From Acidobacterium sp. (lineage in GTDB: Bacteria; Acidobacteriota; Terriglobia; Terriglobales; Acidobacteriaceae), in NCBI GenBank assembly GCA_003152595.1, contig PMAM01000345.1:1-42879 (forward strand): DNA of 42,879 bases. The letters run 5' to 3'. The position numbers and the translations under genes are program-made. Below are positions 21,201 through 30,516 of this stretch, piece after piece (the stretch's first letter is position 1; the number at the start of each line of letters is the position of its first letter). Below the pieces are notes generated by a model. That model searched no databases and was not told where the DNA came from. It saw nothing but the letters and a program-made list of their open reading frames with translations.

Positions 21201-21752
21201 GATCTCAGTCAAACAAACGCGTTCTCCGCAGCCTTCGTCCTCCAATCGCCATTCACCAAATCTCCCAACAAGGCGGTTTCCATTCTGGCGGGTGGATGGG
21301 CGCTCAATGGTATTGGCCAGATCGCTTCAGGCCAGCCTTACACCATCAGGATCGGCAGCGATCCGGAGAATGTTGGCTACCCCAGTTACCTCAACGAGGA
21401 ACGAGTGAACCAGATCGGCGACCCGAACAGCGGCCAGGGCCTGCACACACCCGCCGAATGGTTCAATACGAAGGCCTTTGTGACGCAGCCGGCCTATACC
21501 TACGGCGACGAGAAGAGGAACCCACTCACTTCGGATGGATTCCGCAATCTCGACTTGTCCGTGTTCCGAACCTTCCATGTTGGACTCGGCGAGTCGAGAT
21601 TCTTCGAGTTCCGTGCCGAATCTTTCAACCTTTTCAACAGAGTGATGTTCGGTACTCCGAACAACACTCTGGACGGAACGAATTTCGGAGCGGTCACGAG
21701 TCAGTACAACTCACCTCGACAATTGCAGATGGGGCTGAAGTTCAACTACTAG
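18270..21752 (+). CDS. TonB-dependent outer-membrane receptor with N-terminal carboxypeptidase-regulatory-like domain
   Basis: The ATG at 18270 is preceded by AGGAGG. Signal peptide (LAVPLVVLSLAGWATPTAIAQ). CarboxypepD_reg-like segment (TVNGVVKDPSGAAIPNARVEITN...SDGAYEFPSVVPGVYT), plug-like LNGRNFTQLLTITAGV, a long beta-barrel, and a C-terminal ...MGLKFNY aromatic end. Confidence 0.9.
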   Translation: MGGSLRKSWNRRWHLAVPLVVLSLAGWATPTAIAQLATATVNGVVKDPSGAAIPNARVEITNVNTAVVRTTTTNSDGAYEFPSVVPGVYTMQASATGFSTTSQPAITLEVSQTATLDFQLKVGTTTQNITVNAAEGAALETATSELGTVVSTREVTDLPLNGRNFTQLLTITAGVANLNVDQNSGGGGNWAGNSIGSYSYPAVNGARNRSNFFMLDGANDLDTIESKYNYAPIVDAIQEFKTQGHNDLAEYGAAAGGIVSVVTKSGTNQFHGALWEFLRNSAMDSRGYFESSLPPLRQNQYGASVGGPISIPKVYDGKNKTFFYAAWEGYRYRSANETGVLGPTDAERGGDFSALCVNGFTNGVCNDRDSSGNIEHQLYDPTTTTLTGGAYTRSPFAGNIIPQNEINPISALFQGLIPHAGPLVKGANIYSSGPQQTNQDSGTVRGDQNFGNNNQLMFRYSQFDQKEANAADIIGLNNTHVLGHNYIGHWTHTFSPTAFSDVYFGRNYGDVVTGTGFQSETPAFLDQLKSLGMSSYWMTLNNTTYAPQWGVDNYISLTGSQLQETGLADNWQFGGSFSKILGRHTIKAGGDFETNNFRSPIAYSSASFGTAQTAGLGAQQGDGGDAWASMLVGVAREASYRNILEVNHGGWIDGVFAQDQIKATSRLTVNLGFRNDMVWTPIYGTGNGGNYYTGNANPVTGQYELNALPPNCSATQGAPCIPNGVYTSSSTPGTGQLPAHAYVDPNSDHRVIQNSLHDWAGRVGLDFRLTDKMVVRGSYTRFYDAWATVVQLSQNFGGNWPAVATIDNAGLNSNTLTAPVNDPLHFGSGGALVYPINDFSQVSQWMVDPNFRTPYMDQWNVGIERELPENTVLDANYVGSVGRHLDWGPAMNVPQPGPGDIQSRRPYPYMMEQWFDQSVGDSRYNALQVTVNKRTSHGVTFLVAYTLSHSDDDGCGLGYSVCHSTNPYNRKGDYGTSDLSQTNAFSAAFVLQSPFTKSPNKAVSILAGGWALNGIGQIASGQPYTIRIGSDPENVGYPSYLNEERVNQIGDPNSGQGLHTPAEWFNTKAFVTQPAYTYGDEKRNPLTSDGFRNLDLSVFRTFHVGLGESRFFEFRAESFNLFNRVMFGTPNNTLDGTNFGAVTSQYNSPRQLQMGLKFNY

Positions 21753-21763
21753 CTCGGGTCTAA

Positions 21764-21806
21764 CCAAAGGCATCACTGTCGCGTACTGCGGCAGTGATGC
21801 CTTTGG
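21764..21806 (+). terminator. Strong hairpin downstream of the TBDR gene
   Basis: Perfect 15-bp inverted repeat CCAAAGGCATCACTG (21764-21778) / CAGTGATGCCTTTGG (21792-21806) with a 13-nt loop, 12 nt after the stop. No U-run follows. Confidence 0.5.
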
Positions 21807-21861
21807 CCTTCGCAGCCTCAGCCTGGGCGATTGTAAGATGAAGGGTCAGAAGTGAAGACGA

Positions 21862-23544
21862 ATGCGTTCGGCCCTGCTCATACTGCTTTCCGCCGCTGTG
21901 CTGGCCCTGTTTGTGCCGGCCCAGAGCCCGGCGCCCCCGATCCGCTTCGAGGACATCGCTGAACGAGCCGGCGTGCATTTTGTAGTGGACAACTCTCCTA
22001 CTCCGGAGAAACACCAGCCCGAGACCATGCCTGCGGGCGTTGCGCTGTTCGACTACGACGGGGATGGCCTGCTTGATATTTATGTGGTCAACGGCGCTGA
22101 GATGCCGTCGCTGGTGAAAACCGGCCCGAAGTATTACAACAGCCTGTTCCACAACAACGGCAATGGAACCTTCACCGACGTCACCGAGCACGCCGGTGTC
22201 GCCGGAGCCGGTTATGGAATGGGCGTGGCCGTGGGCGATTACGACAACGACGGCTGGCCCGATCTGTTTCTGGCCAACGTTAACGGCAATCAGCTGTTTC
22301 GCAATAATGGCGACGGAACCTTCACCGACGTCACCGCGAAGGCGGGTCTCAGCGGCGCCACGCACAACGGCCGTAAGATGTGGTCGATTGCCGCAGGCTG
22401 GTTCGACTACAACCGCGATGGACTGCTGGACCTGTTTGTCGCAAATTACTGCGATTGGGATCCTCGTTACGAACCCAGCTGCATGGGCCTGAACGGCCGC
22501 GGTTACTGCCACCCGGACAGCTTTCCTCCGCTGACGAACACTCTGTACCGTAACAACGGTGACGGTACGTTCACCGATGTCTCGGCGGAGACTGGTATCT
22601 CCAAGGTCGAGGGCAGGGGAATGGGCGTCGCCTTTGCCGACTACGACAACGACGGCTGGCCCGATGTCTTTGTCGCCAACGACAACAGCCCGAACCTCCT
22701 GTTCCATAACATCGGTGGAAAGCGATTTGAAGAGGTCGGAATTCAGGCTGGCGTGGCTTATAACGACGAAGGGGTTGCCCTGGCCGGCATGGGTGTCGAC
22801 TTCCGCGATGTTAACAACGATGGGTTGCCGGATATCTGGCATACCGCGATCGAAAACGAAACGTTTCCCCTGTATCTGAACACCGGCAAAGGAGCTTTTG
22901 TGAATGCCGGTCTGCCGAGCCGGATGGCGAATCTCACCAGGCTCATGTCCGGCTGGTCCAACGGCATCGTCGATCTCGACAACGACGGCTGGAAGGACCT
23001 GGTGGTAGCCCGCAGCAATGTGATGGACAACATCGAGCAGATTTCGCGGCATTTTCGCTACGCCGAACCGAACTCGGTCTTTCGCAATTTGGGTAAAGAG
23101 CAGTTTGAGGATGTCAGCGCGACGGCTGGGGCCGATTTCGCTCGGGCGGCGCCGCACAGAGGGCTCGCCTACGGAGACTTGGACAACGACGGCCGCGTGG
23201 ATCTCGTGATAACGGCGCTGGGTGCCCCGGTCAGCGTGCTCCACAATATTACCGAAACGCACAATCACTGGATCCTGCTCAAGCTGGTGGGAACCAAAAG
23301 CAACCGGATGGGCATCGGCGCGCAGATTCGCGTCACGACTGGCGACGGCAGGAAACTTTACAATGAAGCAACCACCAGCACCGGCTATGCCGCATCCAGC
23401 GATCCGCGCGTTCACTTCGGCTTAGGCGACTCGCGGTTGATTCGTGAAATCGAGATCCGCTGGCCGTCGGGTACGCGCCAGTTACTGCACGATGTCACCG
23501 CCGATCGCATCATGGTAGTCACCGAGCCGGGCGATGCGAATTAG
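21862..23544 (+). CDS. CRTAC1-family protein (FG-GAP/VCBS repeats + ASPIC/UnbV domain)
   Basis: Signal peptide. Repeated DYDNDGWPD(L/V)F(L/V)AN motifs. C-terminal UnbV/ASPIC-like segment (NHWILLKLVGTKSNRMGIGAQIRV...GYAASSDPRVHFGLG...IRWPSG). Confidence 0.85.
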   Translation: MRSALLILLSAAVLALFVPAQSPAPPIRFEDIAERAGVHFVVDNSPTPEKHQPETMPAGVALFDYDGDGLLDIYVVNGAEMPSLVKTGPKYYNSLFHNNGNGTFTDVTEHAGVAGAGYGMGVAVGDYDNDGWPDLFLANVNGNQLFRNNGDGTFTDVTAKAGLSGATHNGRKMWSIAAGWFDYNRDGLLDLFVANYCDWDPRYEPSCMGLNGRGYCHPDSFPPLTNTLYRNNGDGTFTDVSAETGISKVEGRGMGVAFADYDNDGWPDVFVANDNSPNLLFHNIGGKRFEEVGIQAGVAYNDEGVALAGMGVDFRDVNNDGLPDIWHTAIENETFPLYLNTGKGAFVNAGLPSRMANLTRLMSGWSNGIVDLDNDGWKDLVVARSNVMDNIEQISRHFRYAEPNSVFRNLGKEQFEDVSATAGADFARAAPHRGLAYGDLDNDGRVDLVITALGAPVSVLHNITETHNHWILLKLVGTKSNRMGIGAQIRVTTGDGRKLYNEATTSTGYAASSDPRVHFGLGDSRLIREIEIRWPSGTRQLLHDVTADRIMVVTEPGDAN

Positions 23545-26212
23545 CGATCCCCTGGCCAAACGAGGTTCGACCCGATTGAGTGCAGTTCCATCATGCCGGT
23601 CGTTTATCTGCTGTAGCGCCCTTGTCGTGTTGCTGGCGGCGGGGGCCGGTGCGCAGCTGCCGCCGACCTGTAAGTCGCCGGCGTCCGCCGCCAACCCGCC
23701 GGAGGGGACGCCACCCTCCAAAGTTTATGACGCTGTGGGCGTCTGGTTCGCCCAGAAGGGCGATCTGAAGTGTTCCGTCGCAGCCTTCGATCAGGCCCTT
23801 CGTCTTGATCCGCACTCGGCTGAGGCGCATTTCGATCTGGGACTTGTCCGGGAGCGTCAGCGGGAGAACGACGCCGCGATTCGGGAATTCCAGCTGGCTC
23901 TGCAATATGATCCGGCGTTGTTGCAGGCGCGCTGTGCGCTTGGCTCGGCGCTGGCAGACCCGCCCGCAGCGGAAGCCGAGTTTCGCAAGGCGCTCTCTGT
24001 CAACCCTGAACTGGTTTGCGCGCTGGACGGGCTGGCCCAGGTTTTGCTCAATGGAGGGCGATACGACGCCGCTCTCGACTACTGGCGCCAGGCCGTCCGC
24101 ATCCAGCCGGATTCTCCGGATCTGCAGCTGGCTTTGGCGACGGCTATGTATAAGGTTGCGAAAGCCAGGCAGGGCGATGGGCTGCCGCCTGTCGATGGCT
24201 CCACGGTCGCGGATGCGATCGGTCTTCTGACCGCTCTGCTCAGCAAGCATCCCGGCATGACGGCGGCCCACTTTACCCTAGGCAATCTCTATGCCAACGA
24301 ACAGCGTTTTCGCGAGGCTGCGGATGAATATCGCGTGGTGGTTCGCCAGGACCCAACCGACAGGGTGGCCCTGGCTGCCGAGGTCAAGGCGCTCGTCGAC
24401 GTAACTGCCTATACCGACGTGCTTGCGCCCGCCCGCGATTACGTGCGTCTGGAGCCAAACGATCCCACAGGACATGTACTGCTGGGTATTGTGTACCGAG
24501 GCCTCGGCGAGTACGCAAAGGCGGAACCGGAACTGGAGATTGGATCAGCCAGAGCGCCGGACGATTTTGAAGCGCACTATCAGCTCGGCTTCGTTTTGGC
24601 TAAGCTCGGTAAGCCCAGTCAGGCTCTGCCTCAGCTTCGGAAAGCGGTAGCGCTGAATCCAGGGGATAAGTCGGCCCAGTTCCAGCTCGCGGCGGCGTTG
24701 CGAGCGCTCGGCCAAAACGAGGAGGCACAGAAGATCGTCGAGCAGTTTCGGAAGACCACCGACGTCGAGTTCCGTAACAGCCAGCTGACCTCCGATGGCA
24801 TCAAGGCTAATGATCTGCTGCAGGCGGGTAAGCCGGCGGAAGCTGCGCAGATCTATGGACACATGCTTGAAGAAAATCCGACCAGCGCCTGGACGGCCTA
24901 CAATCTCGCGCTGGCCCTGGAAGCCATGCACGATCAGAAAGCCGCTGAGGACGCGCTCCGCAAAGGAATCGACATCGACCCGAAGCTGGCGAAGATACGC
25001 GCTGAACTGGGCCAGCTGAAGCTGGCGGACGGCGACATGGAGTCCGCGCAGCAGTGGCTCCAGTCCGCGCTCGACCTGGAGCCTCAGCTCGTCGACGCCC
25101 GCGGAAACCTGGCCATGATCTACGCCAGAAAAGGCGACCTCGCTACTGCGGGGAAGCTCCTTCATCAGGCCCTCGAAGACGATCCACAATATAAGGAAGG
25201 CCATTTAAATCTCGGGTTGATTCTCGCCCAGCAGGGAAAAGTAACCGACGCCGAACAGGAACTCGACAAAGCCGTCGCTCTTGCGCCAGAGGATCCCGAT
25301 ACCCTTTCCACGGTTGGAAAGGCCAAAGCGCAAATGGGCAAGATGAGCGAAGGCATCGCGCTTCTTCGCAAGGTGGTGGAGCTGAGACCCGATCTGGCCG
25401 CAGCGCACCTCGACCTGGCGATCGCGCTCGCCGACAGTTACGACCTGCCCGAAGCGCTGGCGGAGACGAGCGAGGCGGTCCGCCTTGCTCCCGAGTCCGG
25501 CGTCGTCCATTTTTATCGCGGACGGGTTCTGTATGACCTGGGTCGCATGTCCGAAGCACGGCCCGAGTTCGAAAACGCCCTGAAGTTCGTGCCGCAGATG
25601 CCGGAGCCGCGATATTTTCTGGCGCTAATCGAGAAACAAGCTGGCAATTTACCGGCGGCCGCCACTCTGCTCGAGGAGACTGTCAAGCTGCAGCCCCGCA
25701 ATGTGATGGCGTGGTATTTACTGGGCCAGTGTTTTGAGCAACAGTCCGAGACCGAGAAAGCAGTCGCGGCCTGGCGGCAGGCTATCGCTCTCGACCCCAA
25801 CTTCAGCCAGGCACTCTTCGGGCTGGCGCGCGCCCTGCGATCGTCCGACGGCGCCGAGTCCGATAAGTTTATGGCGCGCTACGTCGAGATTCAGAAGCAG
25901 CGTCGCATCCTCGACCGGGTCGGCACGCTGGCCAACAACGGTGTCGTCGCGGCCTCCGCTCACGACTGGTCTCAGGCCACCAGCCAGCTGGAGGCGGCTA
26001 TCGCGGAGTGCGGGGATTGTGCGGTCAAAGCTGACCTTCATAAGAAACTCGGTTTGGTTGATTGTCAGGCCGGCGACCTCAACAACGGTGAAAAAGAACT
26101 GCTGACCGCCAAAGCTCTCAAGCCGGAGGATCGGGAGATCCAGCGCGCCCTGCAGCTCATTGCCGAGGTGCGAAACCAGCACACGCCCGCTGCGGCGGGG
26201 AAGGCGTATTAA
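23534..26212 (+). CDS. Large secreted tetratricopeptide-repeat protein
   Basis: 892-aa ORF overlapping the upstream stop by 11 nt. N-terminal hydrophobic signal, followed by more than 15 TPR-like units (A..Y/F..AL..DP... periodicity throughout). Confidence 0.8.
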   Translation: MRISDPLAKRGSTRLSAVPSCRSFICCSALVVLLAAGAGAQLPPTCKSPASAANPPEGTPPSKVYDAVGVWFAQKGDLKCSVAAFDQALRLDPHSAEAHFDLGLVRERQRENDAAIREFQLALQYDPALLQARCALGSALADPPAAEAEFRKALSVNPELVCALDGLAQVLLNGGRYDAALDYWRQAVRIQPDSPDLQLALATAMYKVAKARQGDGLPPVDGSTVADAIGLLTALLSKHPGMTAAHFTLGNLYANEQRFREAADEYRVVVRQDPTDRVALAAEVKALVDVTAYTDVLAPARDYVRLEPNDPTGHVLLGIVYRGLGEYAKAEPELEIGSARAPDDFEAHYQLGFVLAKLGKPSQALPQLRKAVALNPGDKSAQFQLAAALRALGQNEEAQKIVEQFRKTTDVEFRNSQLTSDGIKANDLLQAGKPAEAAQIYGHMLEENPTSAWTAYNLALALEAMHDQKAAEDALRKGIDIDPKLAKIRAELGQLKLADGDMESAQQWLQSALDLEPQLVDARGNLAMIYARKGDLATAGKLLHQALEDDPQYKEGHLNLGLILAQQGKVTDAEQELDKAVALAPEDPDTLSTVGKAKAQMGKMSEGIALLRKVVELRPDLAAAHLDLAIALADSYDLPEALAETSEAVRLAPESGVVHFYRGRVLYDLGRMSEARPEFENALKFVPQMPEPRYFLALIEKQAGNLPAAATLLEETVKLQPRNVMAWYLLGQCFEQQSETEKAVAAWRQAIALDPNFSQALFGLARALRSSDGAESDKFMARYVEIQKQRRILDRVGTLANNGVVAASAHDWSQATSQLEAAIAECGDCAVKADLHKKLGLVDCQAGDLNNGEKELLTAKALKPEDREIQRALQLIAEVRNQHTPAAAGKAY

Positions 26213-27993
26213 TGCGGGCCAGCCGCAGCTTTGTTCCGCTGGCCGTCGCCCTGGCATTGATGGGGCCGGTACTGATCGGGCTGAAGGTTCTTTCCCAAAT
26301 GGTTTCCGGCAACGCCACCGATCAGCCGGTGCGCCCTCTCCCCCCGGGCATGAAGGCGCCGATTGTCGATTTCCGCGACATAGCGGCGCAGGCTGGGCTC
26401 ACGGCATCGGTTATCTCCGGCGATCTGGATCAGACTTACATCGTCGAAAATACCGGAACCGGGGTTGCCATCTTCGATTACGACAACGACGGCCTGCCCG
26501 ATATCTTTCTTGTGCAGGGCGACCGTCTGCACAATTCGGGTCCGCCATTTACACCTCACCTCTATCACAATCTCGGCGGCCTTCGCTTCGAGGACGTCAC
26601 TGCCAAAGCCGGTATCGGCCACCTCGGCTGGGGGCAAGGAGTCTGTGCAGGCGACGCGGATAACGACGGTCACGTCGATCTCTTCCTTACCCAATGGGGA
26701 CATAACGTCTTCCTGCACAACCTCGGAAACGGCACCTTCCGCGACGAGACGAAGGAGCGTGGCCTTGACCGGGCGGAGTCGCGATGGAGTACGGGATGCG
26801 CGTTTATCGATTATGACCGCGATGGCTATCTCGATCTGGTGGTGGCTAACTATGTCAACTTCAAAGCGCAGGATTCGCCGCCGCCGCGCACTGAGAGCGG
26901 GTGTAACTGGAAGGGCATGCCGGTCCCCTGCGGCCCACGTGGCCTGAAGGGCGAGACGATGACCCTTTATCACAACGACGGTCACGGGCATTTTGTCGAC
27001 GTGACCAAACAGGCCGGTATCGAGACCCAACCTGAGTATTACGGATTCACGGTTCTCACCGGCGACTACGACAACGATGGGTGGCCCGATATCTTTATTA
27101 CCTGCGACTCCACGCCCAGTCTGTACTTCCACAACAAACATGACGGGACATTTGAAGAGTTAGGTCTGGCCAGCGGACTGGCCGTGAACGAGGACGGCCG
27201 CGAGCAGGCCGGCATGGGCGCCACTGCTGCCGACTACGACGGCGACGGACGCCTGGATATCTTCAAGACGAATTTTTCCAACGACACCAATACGCTCTAT
27301 CGAAACCTCGGAAATAACAATTTCGACGATGTCACCAGCGCTGCTGGTCTTGCGGTTCATACCCAGTATGTGAAGTGGGGAACCGCATTTCTCGACTTCG
27401 ACAATGACGGATGGCCGGACCTGTTCATCGCCGACGGCCACGTATACCCGTTTGTCGAAAAGTACAATCTCGGAGAAGAGTTCAAACAGCCCCACCAGTT
27501 GTTCTGGAATCGCGGCGACGGCCAGTTTTTCGATATGTCTTCGACGGGTGGCCCCGGCATTACGGCAAAGCATGCGTCCCGGGGTATCGCCGTCGGGGAC
27601 CTCGACAACGACGGATCCGAGGAGATTGTTGTCGTTAATCTCTTCGAGCCGCCTTCATTACTGAAGAACTTCGGGCCGCGGGGCAACGCGCTGCTCGTCC
27701 GCGCCGTTACCGCCTCCGGACGCGACGCCATCGGTGCGCGACTGACCCTGACGGTTGGCGGACGGAAAGAGATCGACGAAGTCCGCAGTGGCGGATACCA
27801 CATCTCCCAGGGAGACTTCCGCGTTCACTTCGGGATGGGCCATGCCACAAAGGGGGATCTTACGATTCGCTGGCCTGACGGCCCGGTGAGCCATGTGGAA
27901 GCCATCCCGGGGGTGGACGCCAATCAGTGGGTCGTCGTCCGCGAAGGGCGCGGTATCGTTGAGCGCCATCCCTTCACGCACGATAGTCCGTAG
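26212..27993 (+). CDS. CRTAC1-family protein (FG-GAP/VCBS repeats + ASPIC/UnbV domain), second copy
   Basis: Its start overlaps the upstream TAA (TAATG). It has the same repeat motifs (DYDNDGLPDIFL, DADNDGHVDLFL, DYDNDGWPDIFI, DFDNDGWPDLFI) and a C-terminal GGYHISQGDFRVHFGMG...IRWPDG. Confidence 0.85.
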   Translation: MRASRSFVPLAVALALMGPVLIGLKVLSQMVSGNATDQPVRPLPPGMKAPIVDFRDIAAQAGLTASVISGDLDQTYIVENTGTGVAIFDYDNDGLPDIFLVQGDRLHNSGPPFTPHLYHNLGGLRFEDVTAKAGIGHLGWGQGVCAGDADNDGHVDLFLTQWGHNVFLHNLGNGTFRDETKERGLDRAESRWSTGCAFIDYDRDGYLDLVVANYVNFKAQDSPPPRTESGCNWKGMPVPCGPRGLKGETMTLYHNDGHGHFVDVTKQAGIETQPEYYGFTVLTGDYDNDGWPDIFITCDSTPSLYFHNKHDGTFEELGLASGLAVNEDGREQAGMGATAADYDGDGRLDIFKTNFSNDTNTLYRNLGNNNFDDVTSAAGLAVHTQYVKWGTAFLDFDNDGWPDLFIADGHVYPFVEKYNLGEEFKQPHQLFWNRGDGQFFDMSSTGGPGITAKHASRGIAVGDLDNDGSEEIVVVNLFEPPSLLKNFGPRGNALLVRAVTASGRDAIGARLTLTVGGRKEIDEVRSGGYHISQGDFRVHFGMGHATKGDLTIRWPDGPVSHVEAIPGVDANQWVVVREGRGIVERHPFTHDSP

Positions 27994-28074
27994 CCAGGGT
28001 TTTACCTGATCGATAACTGCCGACCGCTACAGATGTTTTGATAAGGTTCAGGCCACAACAAAGAGGGATGCGAA

Positions 28075-29535
28075 ATGAATTTATCGAGACGAGCTTTTGC
28101 CAGGAGTTGCACACTCACCGCCACCGGACGTGCCCTTGTGGGCGCGCTGCCAGGTCTGGCTCAGGTGCAGGGAGAACACTTCAACACTGCGACCAACCAT
28201 CCGGTGCCGGCCATCCAGGATATTGAAACTACCGAACAGAAGAACGCACGCATGCAGTGGTTCCGCGAGGCGCGCTTCGGGATGTTTATCCACTGGGGAC
28301 TGTACTCCATTCCTGCCGGGCGATGGGATGGCAAGGAGGTCCCGGGAATTGGCGAGTGGATCATGAACCGCGCCTCCATCCCGGTGGCGCAGTACCAGGC
28401 ACTCGCTGCCCAGTTTAATCCCACCCGGTTCAGCGCCGCCGGGATCGTCGGCCTGGCAAAATCCGCCGGCATGAAGTACATCGTGATCACGTCGAAGCAT
28501 CACGATGGTTTCGCGATGTTCGACTCGCAGTCGAATCCGTTTAACATCGTTCAGGCAACGCCGTTCAAACGCGATCCTCTGAAGGAACTTGCCGCGGAGT
28601 GCCGCCGGCAGGGCCTCAAACTGGGCTTCTATTATTCGCAGGATCAGGACTGGACTGCGCCGGGCGGAGCGGCCTATAAGACCGGCGATCACCAGCCTCC
28701 GACATTTCATTGGGACCCCGCTCAGAATGGCAGCTTCGCCGCCTACCTTGAAACCAAGACGATCCCGCAGATCCGGGAGCTGCTGACGAACTACGGTGAT
28801 TTTCCTGCGATCGTGTGGTTCGATACTCCTACAAAGGACATGACCCCGGAACTGGCCGGCAAGATTGTAACGGTCCTCAATCAGCATCCAAAACTAATCT
28901 GGAACAATCGCCTTGGCGGCAGTTATCAGGGAGACACCGAGACCCCCGAACAATACATTCCGGCTCGCGGCTATCCTGGTCGCGACTGGGAGTCGTGCAT
29001 GACGATGAACGACACCTGGGGCTACAAGGTCGACGACACCAATTTCAAGAGTACAGAAACCCTGATCCGAAACCTGATCGATATTGCCAGCAAGGGTGGA
29101 AACTACCTCCTGAACATCGGCCCGGAGGCAACCGGGGAGGTACCCCAACCCGAAGTGACTCGGCTCCAGGAGATGGGCAGATGGCTGGCGGTTAATGGTG
29201 AGGCAATCTATGCAACCCGGCCCACGCTTTTTGGGGACGAAGCCGGCTCGTTTTCCTCGACCGAAAAGGATGAGGACGGGAAGCCAAAGTTCATTCCCAG
29301 CTGGAAGTGGAGATCGACGACCACCTCTAACCGGATCTACATTCACCTTTTCGAGTGGCCGGGCGCCACGTTCCACCTGGACAGGCTGCCGCGCCAGGTT
29401 ACCGGAGCCTACCTGCTGGCGGATTCCTCCCGTAGTCCACTGAAGGTTACTCGAACTGCAGAAGGTGTAGACGTCGCCGTTCCTGCGACGGCGCCTGATC
29501 CGATTGCGAGCGTGCTGGTATTGAAGACGGAATAG
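28075..29535 (+). CDS. Glycoside hydrolase family 29 alpha-L-fucosidase (exported)
   Basis: Tat/Sec-like leader (MNLSRRAFARS...). GH29 motifs ARFGMFIHWGLYSIPAG and KYIVITSKHHDGFAMFDS. C-terminal beta-sandwich domain. Confidence 0.9.
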   Translation: MNLSRRAFARSCTLTATGRALVGALPGLAQVQGEHFNTATNHPVPAIQDIETTEQKNARMQWFREARFGMFIHWGLYSIPAGRWDGKEVPGIGEWIMNRASIPVAQYQALAAQFNPTRFSAAGIVGLAKSAGMKYIVITSKHHDGFAMFDSQSNPFNIVQATPFKRDPLKELAAECRRQGLKLGFYYSQDQDWTAPGGAAYKTGDHQPPTFHWDPAQNGSFAAYLETKTIPQIRELLTNYGDFPAIVWFDTPTKDMTPELAGKIVTVLNQHPKLIWNNRLGGSYQGDTETPEQYIPARGYPGRDWESCMTMNDTWGYKVDDTNFKSTETLIRNLIDIASKGGNYLLNIGPEATGEVPQPEVTRLQEMGRWLAVNGEAIYATRPTLFGDEAGSFSSTEKDEDGKPKFIPSWKWRSTTTSNRIYIHLFEWPGATFHLDRLPRQVTGAYLLADSSRSPLKVTRTAEGVDVAVPATAPDPIASVLVLKTE

Positions 29536-29579
29536 AAGCGATCAGCTCAGACGGTTCTGCCGGCGGGATTCCGGATTCT

Positions 29580-29969
29580 TCAGCTCGACTCCAGAATCAT
29601 GTTGGCGTATTGAATCGTATCTCCGGTGCGGATGAGGCCAATCACCTGGGGGACGCGCTTCTTGAACTCAATGTGAGGTTCAAACTGGACCTCGAGTCCC
29701 GACATGGCCTCAGCGAACTCACTCACGATGGCGGGAGAATTGTTGGGCCGGAATTCCTCCGCCATCGTAATCTGCCCAATCGTGAAGTTCAGGCGTATTG
29801 CTCGCAGAACGTCGAGGACGCGGGGGATGTCGTCGACCAGAGCCAGGTCCACCGTCTCGATGGTGGGCCAGTAAGGGAATCCGCGGTCGGTAATGAGGAG
29901 CGTGTTGGTGTGGCGGACGCGACTGAGCAGGGAATTGATTTGCGGATTGAGGATTCCGGTGCGGACCAT
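29580..29969 (-). CDS. fucU: RbsD/FucU family mutarotase (L-fucose mutarotase / D-ribose pyranase)
   Basis: 129-aa ORF, MVRTGILNPQINSLLSRVRHTNTLLITDRGFP..., typical of the RbsD/FucU family. Located 2 nt downstream of the fucP fragment stop. Confidence 0.8.
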   Translation of the reverse strand: MVRTGILNPQINSLLSRVRHTNTLLITDRGFPYWPTIETVDLALVDDIPRVLDVLRAIRLNFTIGQITMAEEFRPNNSPAIVSEFAEAMSGLEVQFEPHIEFKKRVPQVIGLIRTGDTIQYANMILESS

Positions 29970-29971
29970 AC

Positions 29972-30391
29972 TTATGCCTCTCTTGCCGTCAATGCAGAAG
30001 GGTCTGATTTGACCAGCCGCATATCAGCAAAGGAATAGAACGCGATCAACACGTAGGCCAGAGCCGGGACGGCGTAAGCGGCCGCCAGGCCTCCAAAGTG
30101 AATCGAAAGCAGACCCATCACCGGCGTCAGGACGGCGCCACCAATGATCGCCATCACGATCAGGGAGGCGCCGAGTTTGGCTGTCTCACCCAGGCCCCGA
30201 ATCCCCTGAGCGAAAATCGTCGGGAACATCAGCGACATGAAGAAGCTCGTCAGCAGTAGCGCGATCATGCCTGTCCAGCCCGGGAACAAGGCCCCAACAG
30301 CGGCCAGCACCGTGTTGATCACCGCATAAATCGCCATCAGCCGGCTGGGCTGCACAAAACGCATCAGCCAGGCGGAAAAGAAACGGCCCAT
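29972..30391 (-). pseudogene. fucP: 3'-terminal fragment (about the last third) of the L-fucose:H+ symporter (MFS) gene
   Basis: The 139-aa ORF matches only the C-terminal TM helices of FucP (GRF..W..RF.P......YA...; FMSLMFPTIFAQGIRGLGETAKLGASLIVMAIIGGAVLTPVMG). The in-frame sequence upstream of 30391 (…AIPASLDAKQIRFRSTIRSTKCTVFDDSG) is not transporter-like and reaches a stop at 30479-30481. Confidence 0.7.
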
Positions 30392-30516
30392 CCCGGAGTC
30401 GTCAAAGACAGTGCATTTTGTGGATCGGATTGTCGATCGGAATCGGATCTGTTTGGCGTCGAGTGAGGCAGGGATGGCTCAAAGCGGGGAAGTCCTTCCC
30501 AAGCCGCCCGAAGAGA

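Noticed and set aside
21760-23415. Very long minus-strand ORF (551 aa). Similar antisense ORFs occur at 3686-4444, 12226-13179, 13663-14775, 18573-19574, 23591-24271, 26209-27141 and 28081-28887.
   Set aside because: Each lies entirely antisense to a plus-strand gene with strong recognisable domains. Their translations are Arg/Gly/Val/Pro-rich with no motifs, which is typical of shadow ORFs in high-GC DNA.
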